This document shows, in pieces, positions 33,683 through 45,900 of a stretch of 64,000 nucleotides of DNA (position 1 is its first letter; every line of letters starts with the position of its first letter). The DNA is from Epithemia pelagica (Eukaryota; Protista; Bacillariophyta), in the NCBI GenBank assembly GCA_946965045.2, contig OX337230.1:1674001-1738000 (forward strand), given 5' to 3'. The position numbers and the translations under genes were made by a program. Under the pieces are notes generated by a model. The model was given only the letters and a program-made list of their open reading frames with translations. It did no database searches and was not told the DNA's origin.

Positions 33683-35174
33683 ATGGCGATGGCTGCTCTT
33701 CGTTCCTTCAATCTCTTGTTACTTCCTTCACTTCTACATCACGCTGATTGTTTGATCTCCCCTTCTGTATTGGGAGCCCGACGCCGTTCCTTACGAAGTG
33801 CTCTCTTATTTTCCACTGATTCTAATAGCAATTCACAGCAATCGATGGAGTCCATGTCCAACGCCAGCCCCAAAGCAGCGATAAACGGAGACTTACCGCC
33901 TCTGTCACAGAATGTTGAACGAACTCTTGATCCATGTGTGGTACTTATGAAGGATCTCATTGGGCAATATGCGGATTTGTGGAAAGACAAGGGTGGTATT
34001 TTCAGCCTGGCACAGGGCGTTGTGTATTGGAAACCCCCGGAACAATCGATTGATGCGATGAAAGAAGCTTTGGACGACCCAGATAACAACCTACACCTTT
34101 ATGGACCTGATGAAGGACTATTCAAGCTTCGTGACGAATTGATTCGTAAGGTTACGACAGAGAATGGCCTGGACGACCATGACGTGATGGTGACAGTTGG
34201 TGCAAACCAAGCTTTTGTCAATTGTGCGATAACTCTTTTACAAGAGTCCGACAAATGCGTTGTGTTTGCACCCTATTACTTCAACCACGTTATGGCGTTG
34301 CAAATGACACTACCTGAATCGAGTTTGGTGGTTGGGCCCAGCGATGAAGCAGATGGATCACCCGACCTTCAATGGCTCGAGAAAACCCTTCGCAGTGATC
34401 CAAGCATCAAGGTCGTGACAGTGGTAAATCCAGGAAATCCGACGGGTACTCACCTGTCTCGTGATCTTTTACAAAAGATAGTGGATCTATGTCGAGAGCA
34501 TAGGACATGGCTTGTTCTGGATTGTACATATGAATATTTTGTTCCGAGTTCCGAGTTTGATGGCTGTTTCTCTGATCCTCATGTTTTGCACATTTTCTCA
34601 TTTAGCAAATCCTATGCTTTAGCAGGTAGGTTCATCTGTGGAGATTCAACGATATGCCATCTTCTTCTCAACTGATTCGCTGTTCTTGAAAGGCTATCGT
34701 TGCGGATACGTTGTGATTCCAAAAGCGTCGAAGGGATTGTACGATCAGATGACAAAGGTCCAGGATACAATTCCCATATCTCCTCCCCGCATATCCCAGG
34801 TGGCGGCATTAGCGGCCTTGTCTGCCGGAAAAGAGTGGGTCAAATCTCGAGTAGCGACTCTGGACACGGGGCGAAAAGCCATTCTCGGAGCACTTGAACC
34901 GATGGAGAAGATAATTGGAGGATCTGGGGCCATGTATGTCATGGGGAAGCTTCCCTCTGGATCTATGGCTGATCGAGATGTAGCGAGCCTCCTAGTCAAA
35001 GATTTCGGTGTGGCTGTGATACCAGGGAGTTTTTGTGGGTTTCCGGGATGGATTCGTGTTTGCTACGCCAATCTGCCACCGGAAAAGTGCATCCAAGCGG
35101 CCGAACGACTGGCAAAAGGTTTGAATGCTCTGACCGCTTCTAGTCGAAGCTTTTCGGAAGGACCGGCAAACTGA
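33683..35174 (+). CDS. ISS1: Class I/II PLP aminotransferase, ISS1/VAS1-like, with bipartite-like presequence; exons 33683-34625 and 34693-35174
   Basis: SLAQGVVYWKPP, YGPDEGL, VMVTVGANQAFVN, PYYFN, VNPGNP, SFSKSYALAG|YRCG joined by the 67-bp GT-AG intron 34626-34692. Confidence 0.82.
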
Positions 35175-35696
35175 TGCTGGTTGGTATCCTTAGCGAGTTG
35201 ACAAAATGCACCACAAAAGTGGAACGTTACAGTTCTCGGCGTCAAAGTTGAAACAGCGCAGGTACTTCTGTTTTCCTATGCAGAGAATCACGTGGTACTA
35301 TGTTTCGTTTCGAAGAGGGTAGTTGCAGCAACAAGCAGCAACCAATCTATTCATCAATAGAGGTGTGAGGCATGCGCCTTACATAACTATAATCAAATTG
35401 GTGGCATGAGAAATCGACGCCCTTCACCTATCGAGTGCCTACGTATTGTCCCGCTCAACAGCCCTCGCAGGAATGAGAAGCACATACCTGAACGATAGAG
35501 TATCGTCCACTAGGAGGTGCGCCACAAAGAGCAGAAGCTGCTTGTCCATAAGAAGTTGCTTTCTTCAATCGGTGCAGTGGTTGTTGCCTCAACCATGGAA
35601 TAGCAACAAAATTTTCGAATTACGTCCGTAAACTCTGCAATCATCAGGGAAGTTTTCAAGGATGAATATTGAATTTTGTGACTACATAAGAGCGAG

Positions 35697-36638
35697 TTAT
35701 CTTGTTCTTTGTCTTTTTGCTTGATGATCATTATCGTCGTCATCATCTTCGTCATCATCACTCTCCCCATTTTCGTCATTTTCTTCTTCGTTATCTTCGT
35801 CATTTGCCTCCGCATCTCCGTCTTGTTCCTGAAGCAATGGGTCCCATTAGTGTATCAATAGCCATGTCATGTCCAATATTTCTGGTACTTACATCATCGT
35901 CGTCTTCTATTTCATCATCATCGTCATCCCCATCTCCTTCATCTTCGTAGTCCTCTGGATCATCATCAAGTAGTTTTTCTTGAACAAGAGCGGAAGTGCC
36001 CAATTCCTCATCCTGTTGATCATGTGAGATGTATATGCAGAAATTACGGAACAAAGACAAGCTATCCACTCACCTCATCATCATCGTCATCCCCTTGATC
36101 ATCGTCTCCCTCGTCGTCGTCGTCCCCATCACCATCGCCGTCCCCATCATCGTCCCCTTCGCCATCGTCATCATCGCCGCCTTCTTCGTCGTCCTGTATA
36201 ATAAGGGGAAATTAGTTAATGAGTTGATTGTATGGTCATGCGCATCCAAACAACTATACAAAAGGCTGCACAGTCGCCACGTTTCGAGTTTTTGCGCAAC
36301 ACGTACCTGAACATCCGCATCGTCTGTGTCTTCATCGCCTAATTCAACTTCAGCCTCTTCGTCGTCGTCGTCATCATCATCATCTCCACCGTCGTCTCCG
36401 CCTTCATCATCATCTTTATCATTCTAAAATATGCAGAGCAGTTGTGAGACAGGTAACCTGAAACCAAACAAAAACTCCTCTCTCTTTTCCTTACATCTCC
36501 ATCTGCCACGGGATCCTCAGCTACGAAAACGTCCCCGCTGATCGCTATTTCATCACCTCCAAGTGATGCTTCTTCGAAATTGTCATCAATACTGGCAACA
36601 CCGACACTGTCTTCGTCGAATTCATCCCAGCTCGCCAT
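35697..36638 (-). CDS. 210-aa hyper-acidic protein with C-terminal NLS-like tail; exons 36638-36495, 36423-36307, 36193-36074, 36012-35893, 35828-35697
   Basis: Four GT-AG phase-0 introns (71, 113, 61, 64 bp) join an open frame MASWDEFDED...HQAKRQRTR*; 117 of 210 residues are D/E by hand count. Confidence 0.8.
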
Positions 36639-37862
36639 CGTATATCTGCGCAAGGGAGAAATGTGAGGGTGAGAAGATGCGCTGGGGGACTGGATAGCAC
36701 GCGGGATAGACCGAAAAGGCATGTGCACACTCCAGCTACCTCTAAGTAGCTAGAGTACACGACTTATGCCACTGAAAGGAGCAATAATGGAAAGGAAGAA
36801 TAAATACAGGGCGCGCACGCGTGTCAAACTTGCGGGTGGATCTTCCACTTTACGGAACTTGCAGCAGCTCGTACTCGTTCCGATACTGGACAACATCATC
36901 TTTTTTCTCCAACAAGCCCAGCGCACAGTGGGCCCTCTCTCACCGCGTGCCCACACAGAAAACCTGTGCACAAATTGCGTTTTTTAATCTCTGGGAGTAT
37001 TGAGCTATTCCCGACGAGAGCACCGACTTAAGGTTTCACGAAGTCACGAAGTGAACATCTGTAGCATGGAGGGTACATGGTCAACATGTACTACACCCGC
37101 ATAACAGCAGAGATTCGGTGTGTTCCATAGTCGACCCTCTTTTGGGGTGAAAAGCCCATCAGTGCACTGCCAAAACGACACGAACGGTCTCCATATCAAA
37201 TCCACGGCGACCGCGACAGCAAGCGCGATGAAAAGAAGCAATACAGAGTTTATCCAAGATCTGACATGGAACCTGCCATATGCTTAGTTACTTACCGTCA
37301 AAATAGTTCAAAAATGGTGTGGGATACGGTCTCCCGGCAAAAGGATCAAAAAATGAAGATGCTGAAGTTTGTGCGAGACCTGTCTGTCAAGAAACGATGC
37401 TGTGCTGATCGGGTGAATTTGTTGTCGGGTCATCTGGTACTTAAATCACGTGGGTTTCTACGTGGAAATTGTTTTTCGTTGGTACACCGCGAACAGATCT
37501 TGATGTACTGATCGACCTATTCTAAGTTTTCTTCGATAGTACGTTCGCCCCAGTGTGAGGATATGGCTGGCTGGCTACTTCGTCAGAGTAAACCCTCACA
37601 CTTCGTTCGTTTAGATGGGCTGAAATCAATGACTATTAAACTACAAATGGGTTATCTCTACCATATTAGCTGTGCTGGGGATTCAAAAAGAAAAATGTAA
37701 CGGGATCAAGATCAAATACTTAAGCGATTGTGTTTATATGCCCTCCAATATTGCCTCATTTTTCTTTTGTAGGAGAGGACCCAGAGTGTCCGTCCAGAGA
37801 ATTCCCAATGTTTCAAACTTGACGGATACTGGTCTAGGAAGTCCAAGAGCTGACATGAGGCC

Positions 37863-38531
37863 ATGTTTGGAAAGCGATTGCTATGTAAAGGGCTGTCCGC
37901 TGCTGGAAATATAATCACTCCTCTCCGCTTCTTTGGAGGGGGTAGCGAGAGGGTTGCCTTTGCAATGTCCAAATTGGCAAAGAGCCTCGAGAGAGAAGGA
38001 ATTGAATATTGTGTGATTGGTGGTAACGCACTGCATGCGCACGGATACGAACGAGCAACCACTGATGTCGATGTCCTCATGACGAAAGAGGGTCTGGAAA
38101 AGTTTGTCAACACACATGTTGGCCGAGGCTATGTACGCCAATTTGAAGGAGCAAAGACAAAATTTCGCAACACAGCAGATGATATCCCCATCGACATAGT
38201 TCTTACTGGTTCATTCCCCGGAGACAAGCAAACCGAGGTCCCCTTCCCAGAGCCAAGCGAAATTTCCTACGAGGAATCCTTTTTCGCCCTTGGAGATAAC
38301 CAGCAGACGATTCGTATGGTGGACCTAAGGAACCTTATCAACTTGAAACTAATATCATATAAGGATCTTCCTGACGAGCGGGCCCAAGACTATATCGACG
38401 TGCGCAAATTGATCGAAATCAATCTACTTGGCGATGACTACGTTGAAAAGCTCCATCCATCTGTTCGCGAGCTGTTTTTGAAGGCCGTTGCTACTGTGAA
38501 GAAGATGAAAGAACGAGAAAGAAGAGGTTGA
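37863..38531 (+). CDS. Pol-beta-fold nucleotidyltransferase of bacterial type (DUF6036/AbiEii/MNT-like)
   Basis: YCVIGGNALHAHGYERATTDVDVL (GG..DxD), TGSFPGD, LINLKL, D..DV..L; intronless. Confidence 0.75.
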   Translation: MFGKRLLCKGLSAAGNIITPLRFFGGGSERVAFAMSKLAKSLEREGIEYCVIGGNALHAHGYERATTDVDVLMTKEGLEKFVNTHVGRGYVRQFEGAKTKFRNTADDIPIDIVLTGSFPGDKQTEVPFPEPSEISYEESFFALGDNQQTIRMVDLRNLINLKLISYKDLPDERAQDYIDVRKLIEINLLGDDYVEKLHPSVRELFLKAVATVKKMKERERRG

Positions 38532-39269
38532 AAAGAGGCTAAATCGTAGCATGACAATATTCGTTGAGGGTTCCGAGGTCTTGAGAAACACCTACACCAT
38601 TATTGAGAGCATCCATTTTATCGTGCTTGGATAAACATCATATTCTATCTGTAGATGAATCCTCAGAAATCAAGCTTTCATCTACCTCGAGGTCTAATCA
38701 CATCAAAGGCGTCTTTCAGCCACGGTGGCCATGTCTTTCCACAACAAGTAGATTCAAGCAATCCACGGCAAAGCTGCCGAGGTAAGACCAAGATCTACCT
38801 TTCGGTAGTTTCGAAAGGGACATCGGTCGTCTCCCGACGCAATTGCCACTTTTATTGCCCTATCCACTTCACACACTGGCGTTACGTCATAAGAGATTCA
38901 GATGCTTTCAGATTGGAGATTCGGAGTTCGGGGGGCGCACGGCGCGCACCATCTGTTCATGTGTGCTAAGGTTCTACCCTTCCAACCCGGTTTGAAGACT
39001 TGAACCAAGCACCTACTCCTAGCTAGAACACCTACTAGAGCTAGAGAGAGAGACTATACAAAACAGCAAAACCAACCCTATCGGAATAATACATGCTGCC
39101 CTCTGCCCTGTGATCATCATCAATCGCAATAGTCTCCAACAAGTAGCCTGATGTAAAGTCTGCGCTTTTAATGTCCGAGCTTCTGAGGTGTATTGTGTCG
39201 TTCTGCCGACCAAACTTGATACTTCTACGCCAGATCTTCTTCCTTAGCTTCTGGGCTTGTTGTCGCTAA

Positions 39270-39935
39270 CTAGTCTTCAACATAGACTTTGGAGTATCGA
39301 TTCAGAGGTAGCACCACTACTGGGGGAGTACTTGGTGCAGAGTGTTTCGTTTGACTAGTCTTCGCGAAGATCTTGAACACATCATCATTCCTTGATTTGG
39401 GCGATATGGACGATGGACTATAGAAGCCGCTTCCTCTTGAATCACTCCCACAAGTTTCAACAGTTGAATCATCACTGCTCCATTCAGTCACACGAATCGA
39501 TTTTCTCCTGGTTGCAAAGGATGACTGAAGTTGCTTGATTGGGCCTTCTTTGCGTCTCGTAAGAACATGATTTGTAATCTCTCTTCGAGCTTCAACAATT
39601 TTCAATTCGTTCAGAAAATTGTGAATCTCATTCCTCTGGTGGTGTCTGCTAAATCGACTTTGTCTCCCTCGAAGTCTTTCCTTCAACCTCAGAAACATGG
39701 CAGGATTTTTATCCATAATCAGGAGCTTTATTTGAACAAAAGGAATCATGTTTGATACAGAATTTTCTTTCTTTCCGCGTGTGTAGAAACCTGAGATGTT
39801 GAAAAAACCGGAACCTGTTTCATTTTCCTGTTCGGTCTCACAAAGGACCTGCAATGACTCCGCGCTAGTACACTGAAGGTTCATCGTATCGGCCAGAGAC
39901 TGTCTTGATACATTGTTCGTGGGTGATTTCCCCAT
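39270..39935 (-). CDS. Hypothetical protein
   Basis: Open frame from ATG 39935; Ser/basic-rich, no recognisable domain. Confidence 0.35.
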   Translation of the reverse strand: MGKSPTNNVSRQSLADTMNLQCTSAESLQVLCETEQENETGSGFFNISGFYTRGKKENSVSNMIPFVQIKLLIMDKNPAMFLRLKERLRGRQSRFSRHHQRNEIHNFLNELKIVEARREITNHVLTRRKEGPIKQLQSSFATRRKSIRVTEWSSDDSTVETCGSDSRGSGFYSPSSISPKSRNDDVFKIFAKTSQTKHSAPSTPPVVVLPLNRYSKVYVED

Positions 39936-40480
39936 GTCGTCCGTCTTCTTGTTGGTCAGAGAACAAAATTGACAAAGCGAAATGGAAAATGCCTTCGGTA
40001 TAGAATTTGTCGACTTCTTCCTGTCTTGCCGAAAATGTCCTCTGCGTGCACACACAAAAATGATTGCCACCCGGCGCAAACCATTCTTGATCATTTAAGA
40101 AATCGTACGCATGCCAACAAGCCAGGTGCGCATCGTGACCGGGACTCGGGAACGGAACTGCGTCAAGGAATTATTCCACCTTCAACGGTTGAACAACACT
40201 ACTAAGCGGGAACCAACGAGAAGCGTGTACAGTAAATTTCAGTGTAGTTTGCTCAACCTCAAATCAACGGTCTTTGAGCTGCAATTTTGGAGAGATGTTC
40301 GACGCTGATAGAAAGGAATATTTAGCAGCTTGTTGGTCTTGGTCGAGTCGTGGTCCCTATATCACATGCCATATCTCACAAAATGTTTTTTTTCGGCGCA
40401 ACGAAGGACGATCAATCTACAATCCAATCCGACATCTAACACCGTAATCAGTGACATCATAACAACACATTAGTTTTGCA

Positions 40481-41974
40481 ATGGAGATGCGAGAGAAATT
40501 CAAGATTAACGAAAACGACGGATTGTTGTCCGGTGAATCAAGTGGGATCCGCGCATGCAGTCGGATGGAAGAGGCATCCAGAAGGAGCTCCACCAGCGTC
40601 AAGATCAAATGCAAGATGGAGTACATTTCGGTTGGATTCCCTTTTTGCCTCCTTGTCTTTGTCTGGCTTAATTTATCCCTTCTGAACAGTCACGAAGAGA
40701 CGATGAAGCGTCATGCAAGTCTCTCGGTTAACTCGAACGTCATCGAGGTCGCTACTCGTACAAATTCCGTTGCGTTTGATTCTCGTCAGTTCCACAAAGT
40801 GGCGGAAGGGATAGTCCCAGCGAGTGCTAACAAGTCCATGTCCGTAAGAAGAGGACCAAAGCCTATTCCAGCAACGAGACAAAAGCGGAAGCCCAAATCG
40901 AACCAAAAGATGAATGTTGTCAACCCAGGACAAGTTTCCTTGGGGGCAAACGCTACCGTCTCTGCCTGTCTTTTGATTCGGGACGACAACGACATCCTGC
41001 CCGAATGGCTCGCCTATCATTATCATGCAATGGGTCTTCGATATCTAATTATGGCGGTCGATCCGCTGAGCAAGGAATATCCAACAGATATTGCTGCAAA
41101 GTGGAAGCTCATGACAGATCTTGAAATTCTAGAATGGACAGACGAGGACTACATGCCGCATGACTTTCTGAAAACCAAGCGTCCACCTGAACAGTATATG
41201 CAAAAGGAAGAAAATTTTCCGGACGCCAAAGCTCTACTGGAAGTCAGCAACCACCGATACCGACAACGCGTGTTTTTAGCAAAATGCCTGCGACGATTTC
41301 ATGAAGACGGCCGATCGTGGGTTCTACATACGGACACCGACGAATTCATTGTTGCGTCGAAACTACTTCGACAAATGAAACCAGAGTACTTGCGAATTCC
41401 ACCTATGGATGAACCGAATTCTGTTTTGTCTCTTTTGCAACAGGCGGTGGAAAAGACACCGAAACAAGTGAACTATCCCTGTATGTCACTTTTGCGGGTG
41501 TTGTTTGGCGCTGCCGAGAGCAACCGAGAAGACAGAGAACGAGATGTTCCTGAGGGATTCAACAGTCAGAGCTTTGAAACACTGCGGTGGCGCCATCACG
41601 CATTACCACACAACATGACTCTGAATGGTAATCCCAAAGTATTGCTTGATGTGTCTGCCATCCCAAAGCACTATTTTCGGAACGATATTGTATTCAGTAT
41701 TCATCGCCCAATGAGGAGTCTTTGTCATATGAATTCGGAACTTTCGTATACAAAGTTTCGTCAGCAGCCTATCGGTGTGAATCACTATCTGGGTACATGG
41801 GAGAGATACTCATCACGGAACGACAAACGCCGAAGTCGAGATTTGTACGAAGCAAAAGCACCGGTACATCGGGGGACAGATGATGGAATCCGACTATGGC
41901 TTAAGGGCTTCTGTCAAAGTGTGGGGAACGATGTGGCGATGGCGCTTTTGGGAAAATCATACTTGCAACAATGA
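40481..41974 (+). CDS. Type II membrane GT-A glycosyltransferase-like protein (GT2/GT92-like)
   Basis: TM GFPFCLLVFVWLNLSLL; ACLLIRDDNDILPEWLAYHY, VLHTDTDEF (DxD), VNHYLG. Confidence 0.78.
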   Translation: MEMREKFKINENDGLLSGESSGIRACSRMEEASRRSSTSVKIKCKMEYISVGFPFCLLVFVWLNLSLLNSHEETMKRHASLSVNSNVIEVATRTNSVAFDSRQFHKVAEGIVPASANKSMSVRRGPKPIPATRQKRKPKSNQKMNVVNPGQVSLGANATVSACLLIRDDNDILPEWLAYHYHAMGLRYLIMAVDPLSKEYPTDIAAKWKLMTDLEILEWTDEDYMPHDFLKTKRPPEQYMQKEENFPDAKALLEVSNHRYRQRVFLAKCLRRFHEDGRSWVLHTDTDEFIVASKLLRQMKPEYLRIPPMDEPNSVLSLLQQAVEKTPKQVNYPCMSLLRVLFGAAESNREDRERDVPEGFNSQSFETLRWRHHALPHNMTLNGNPKVLLDVSAIPKHYFRNDIVFSIHRPMRSLCHMNSELSYTKFRQQPIGVNHYLGTWERYSSRNDKRRSRDLYEAKAPVHRGTDDGIRLWLKGFCQSVGNDVAMALLGKSYLQQ

Positions 41975-42904
41975 TGATTAAAAATTAGAAGGCATTTGTG
42001 GGATGATTGAGACCTTGTGATGTAACGAGCAGCTTCTCTGGAGATGTGGAATTTCCCATTTTCAACTAACCGCAAGCATACGATTCACGGAACAAACTCG
42101 TTGAACGACAACCTTGTCAAGTGGTTTGGGTACTTTTACTTCACCGCAGGAATGTCAGGAAAGGAAGAGAACACAGGACAAAACTGTGAATGATAGTGCA
42201 GTTATTTAACATAGTCCTGGGAGTAATCGTAGGACAATACCTTTTGATGACACCAACTTGCGCACACCACACTTCAAATACCAGGTCAAGATCGATCTGT
42301 GCTCGACACTCCCACAGATGACCAAGTCCCAGCCTTGGTTGAAAGAATCTCTCGATCATCAGGAATATTTTTGATCCAAACACGAAGAGGTTTCCAGGAG
42401 TTCTTTTAACATTCCAGATTTGAAACCAAAGCCGAAACGACCATTGTCGAATCTCCAACGAACCGCTTCAGTTCTCACAAACAAGGAAGGAAGAGCTTCT
42501 CTTGCGCGCATTCCGTTGGTGATAACATGACCAGCGTGTCTGGCATCATGGCACAGGCAGATACCGCCAGTTGTTGTGAGCCGTAGTCGTCCAACTCTGT
42601 CGGTTCGGCTAGAATTTCGTTGGCGTCACATTCGCCCAAGAGGCAGGTTCCAGCAACGTAGGTCGCAGAAGAATTAAATGTGTGCTGAAAAGGCTGGGAG
42701 GGTTTCGAAACAAAATGGCATGTTCTTTCGGCAACCAGGGAAAGAAGGATTTCGCCTATTTGGATCGAAAGCATAAAGCGTGTCCCTAAATATTATGGTA
42801 ATCCGGCATGGTGTGCAGTCCGCATAGTGACAGTCTCGGCATCATCTACCAGGCTGCTGTTGCAAAACCACCAAGCAGTGCTGTAAAGGCAACGATAAAG
42901 CTCT

Positions 42905-45900
42905 TTAGGTTAACGTATTCTCCTTAGAATGAGCATTCATGCTCCGTTCTTTCTTTTCGTTGCCACGTCGTTCTACCACGATCCATTTTTCCTCAACGGC
43001 CTTGGTCGCGGATTCATCTTCATCTTCATCTTTTGCTTCCGAATTGGTCTGCTCGTCCACCGGTCCCAACACACTCCTTTGTGAGGAATGGAATGGGCTA
43101 TCGCTTCGAATGTTCATTACTGCATCTCGCAACTTATAGAACAAGGTCCCTTGTAACGGCTTGGTAAAGAAATCAGCCAACATTTCGTCTGTCGGACAAA
43201 ATTCGGTACGTAACAACTTCTTTTCAATCTGATCCTTCACAAAGAAATATCTCACATTAATATGCTTGGTTCTCTTGGAACTTGACAGGCGACCGTTATT
43301 GGCTAACAGGATCGCACTCTTGTTATCTTGAAACAAAATGACATCTTTCACTTTCATGCCTTGCGCTTCCAAAAAATTTCTACTCCACAACAGTGACGGG
43401 AGTACATTATGTATGCCGATTAGTTCACTCTCGGTGGAGCTCCTCGACACCAGCTTCTGTTTGGTAGACACACTGTGGGCCACTCCACGTCCCATGCTCA
43501 TACAACCACCGCTGAGACCTTTGCTATCAGCATGAGTCGCATATGAAGCGTCTGCCCACCATTTGAGAATTCCATCAGGGTCTGCTTCCAACCGAAGCGT
43601 CAAGTCAAAGCTCGACTGCAGGTATTTCAGAACACGAGTCAATTTGCGTTTATTGTCCACGTCGGGACTAGCAACTTGAGTACTTAAGAACGCTACGGCT
43701 GTTCGAATGTCAGGCCGTCCGCGTTGGGCCAGATACGATAATTGCATCGTTCTGCTGTGATACTCCTCGGCTTCTTTAGTCGACAGCTTGGTGACGTTCT
43801 CACGGATCATGGTCAGATGATTTGCAGCAGGCGATTGCGCCTTTCCTTTCATTGCCTTTGGCAGATCATCAAGGATCGTTGCCAAATATGGGCGCATGTC
43901 CACTTCTAGAACTCTGTCTTCGCTATAATCCAAATACATGCCGAGGTAGTCATGTCGACGACCACGGGAAACTGACAATTCACCCAGCCTCCCAAATTCC
44001 GCCTTAAGGTCCTCGATGATTTTGGTCAGGACATCCTCCTTCACATGGGAAATCTTGAGGTCATCAATGTGCCATGTAATGGTACATTGTGCCCCATCAA
44101 TCCATTTATTCGCAACACATGAGTCATAGGGATTAATCACAAAACCCCAGCTGACTAGGACTCCACTCAGACGTTCCCAAAAGAGCCTGGCTGCACGGAG
44201 GGTCCCATAAAGGGCCTTTAGCATTTCCATGTAAATCACCGGCTTCCCTTTTTCGTAGGTCACGTAGGGTTTGTAGGCAACGGGATCAATTTCCAATAAG
44301 AGCTCCGCCATCAAGCCTTCCAACTTCATGTGCACGTTCGGATCCATATCCGAGTGCATGAATGCACCCGGGATATCAATCACGGCGACTGCTCTACGTT
44401 CAATCGCATCTATGATTGCTGTGTAGAATACGGCATCAGTTGATACTGTTGGCGACGCAGAGTCTTCTTTTGGGATGAACAAGCGTTGTTTACGGCCATC
44501 CGCACAACCACGACCCTTGATTTTACCGCATCGTTTCCTTTGTAGAAACATAAGGTAGCCCAAGGCGGCACGAACTTGTGGCCACGACAATTCACTGCGA
44601 TGCACTGCTCGTACCACGCCACGGTCGTGCAACTGTTGTATTTCCTTACGTACGGCCTCCACTCCTTTATTCCCAAACAATTTTAGTCCGTATTTCATCG
44701 GATATTGGGGCGTGGATTGATTGACCTCAGTGCTTGTGAGGTAAACAGTCCCTTTGTGCAAGTACCCATCGTACCGTCCTTTCGGTAGGGTATCCAGACT
44801 AACAAAGTTGTGTCCGAATCGATATGCGTAGCTTCGCTGCCGATTTGGGCGGAGGTTGTATTCATGGGATTGAGGATCCCTTTCCTGCTGCTGTTCGTCA
44901 AAGGCATTCTCGAACAGACCGCCTTCAGCCTCGCTTCCCGCGTCGGTCCCAAACTCTATTTCCATTGACTCGTCGGACAAGTTGATTGGCACCTCAATAT
45001 TGTTTAGTTCCTCCACAGGACCTTCATCCATCATGTCCGCCACATGGGCGTCGTCCACATCCTCATCCACCTCCTCTTCCAATGCCTCGCCTTCAGCTGG
45101 GCCCCCTTCCTCCTCTGGTCCATTCATATCTCCGTCTAATACCAACTCCACCCCGTCCGGCACCACCACTCCTTCATTTCCAATGACATACTGTTCAGCC
45201 GCTGCCACTCCTTGGTTTTCGTCGAATTCAGGATGCTGATCCAATTCCTCGTCTAGATCTGCCAATTCTTCTTCGACGATTTCGTCGTCGTAGCGTAGCT
45301 CATCAACCGACTTGTCGTCATCGTTTGGCCCATAACTGACATCGTCGTCCTTGATGTACAAGGGATTGTCCTCATCCATGGCCAATAGGCGGCTATCACG
45401 GTTACCGAAGGCCAGACCAGGGATCATGTTTTGTGCTTGTGCAAATTCTTCCACTCGCTTTGACACCTCGTTGGGCATCGGTAGAACAGTAGCTCTGTTT
45501 CTGTTAATCACTCGTCCCGATTCCAAACTGACGAAGTAGTAGCTTCCCTGCCTGTTTCCGGTTGGTCGTAAGGCTATTGCTCCGATGGTCCGTGGCGCCA
45601 TGGTGTTGTCGTGTTGCTCATGTGTTTGGACATATTGTCCGAACTCAAATCGGCAATGGTGATGGAAATCGATCTTCTCACCGGTTACCAATTCACGTGG
45701 GCTGATTGTTTGTGAAATTCCGTTTTGTTTTGGGAAACTGTTCAGCCAAAACACGGCAAACTTGGCCAGCTCAATGATCATGATCCTTGGTACAGTTTTG
45801 AATGGAAGCATAGCGTATGTGCTTCTCATTCGGTCCTTGACGGTTCTGATATAGCGCTCGGCTGCTCCCACATGCTCGTCTTGCGCGGTGGTGTTGAGTT

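Noticed and set aside
36750-37860. Short ORFs between the acidic gene and the NTase
   Set aside because: All are under 100 aa, with no motif or consistent exon structure.
42141-42857. Host gene interrupted by copia B
   Set aside because: All minus-strand frames have stops close to the TSD and no domain is recognisable; it cannot be rejoined with the right flank.
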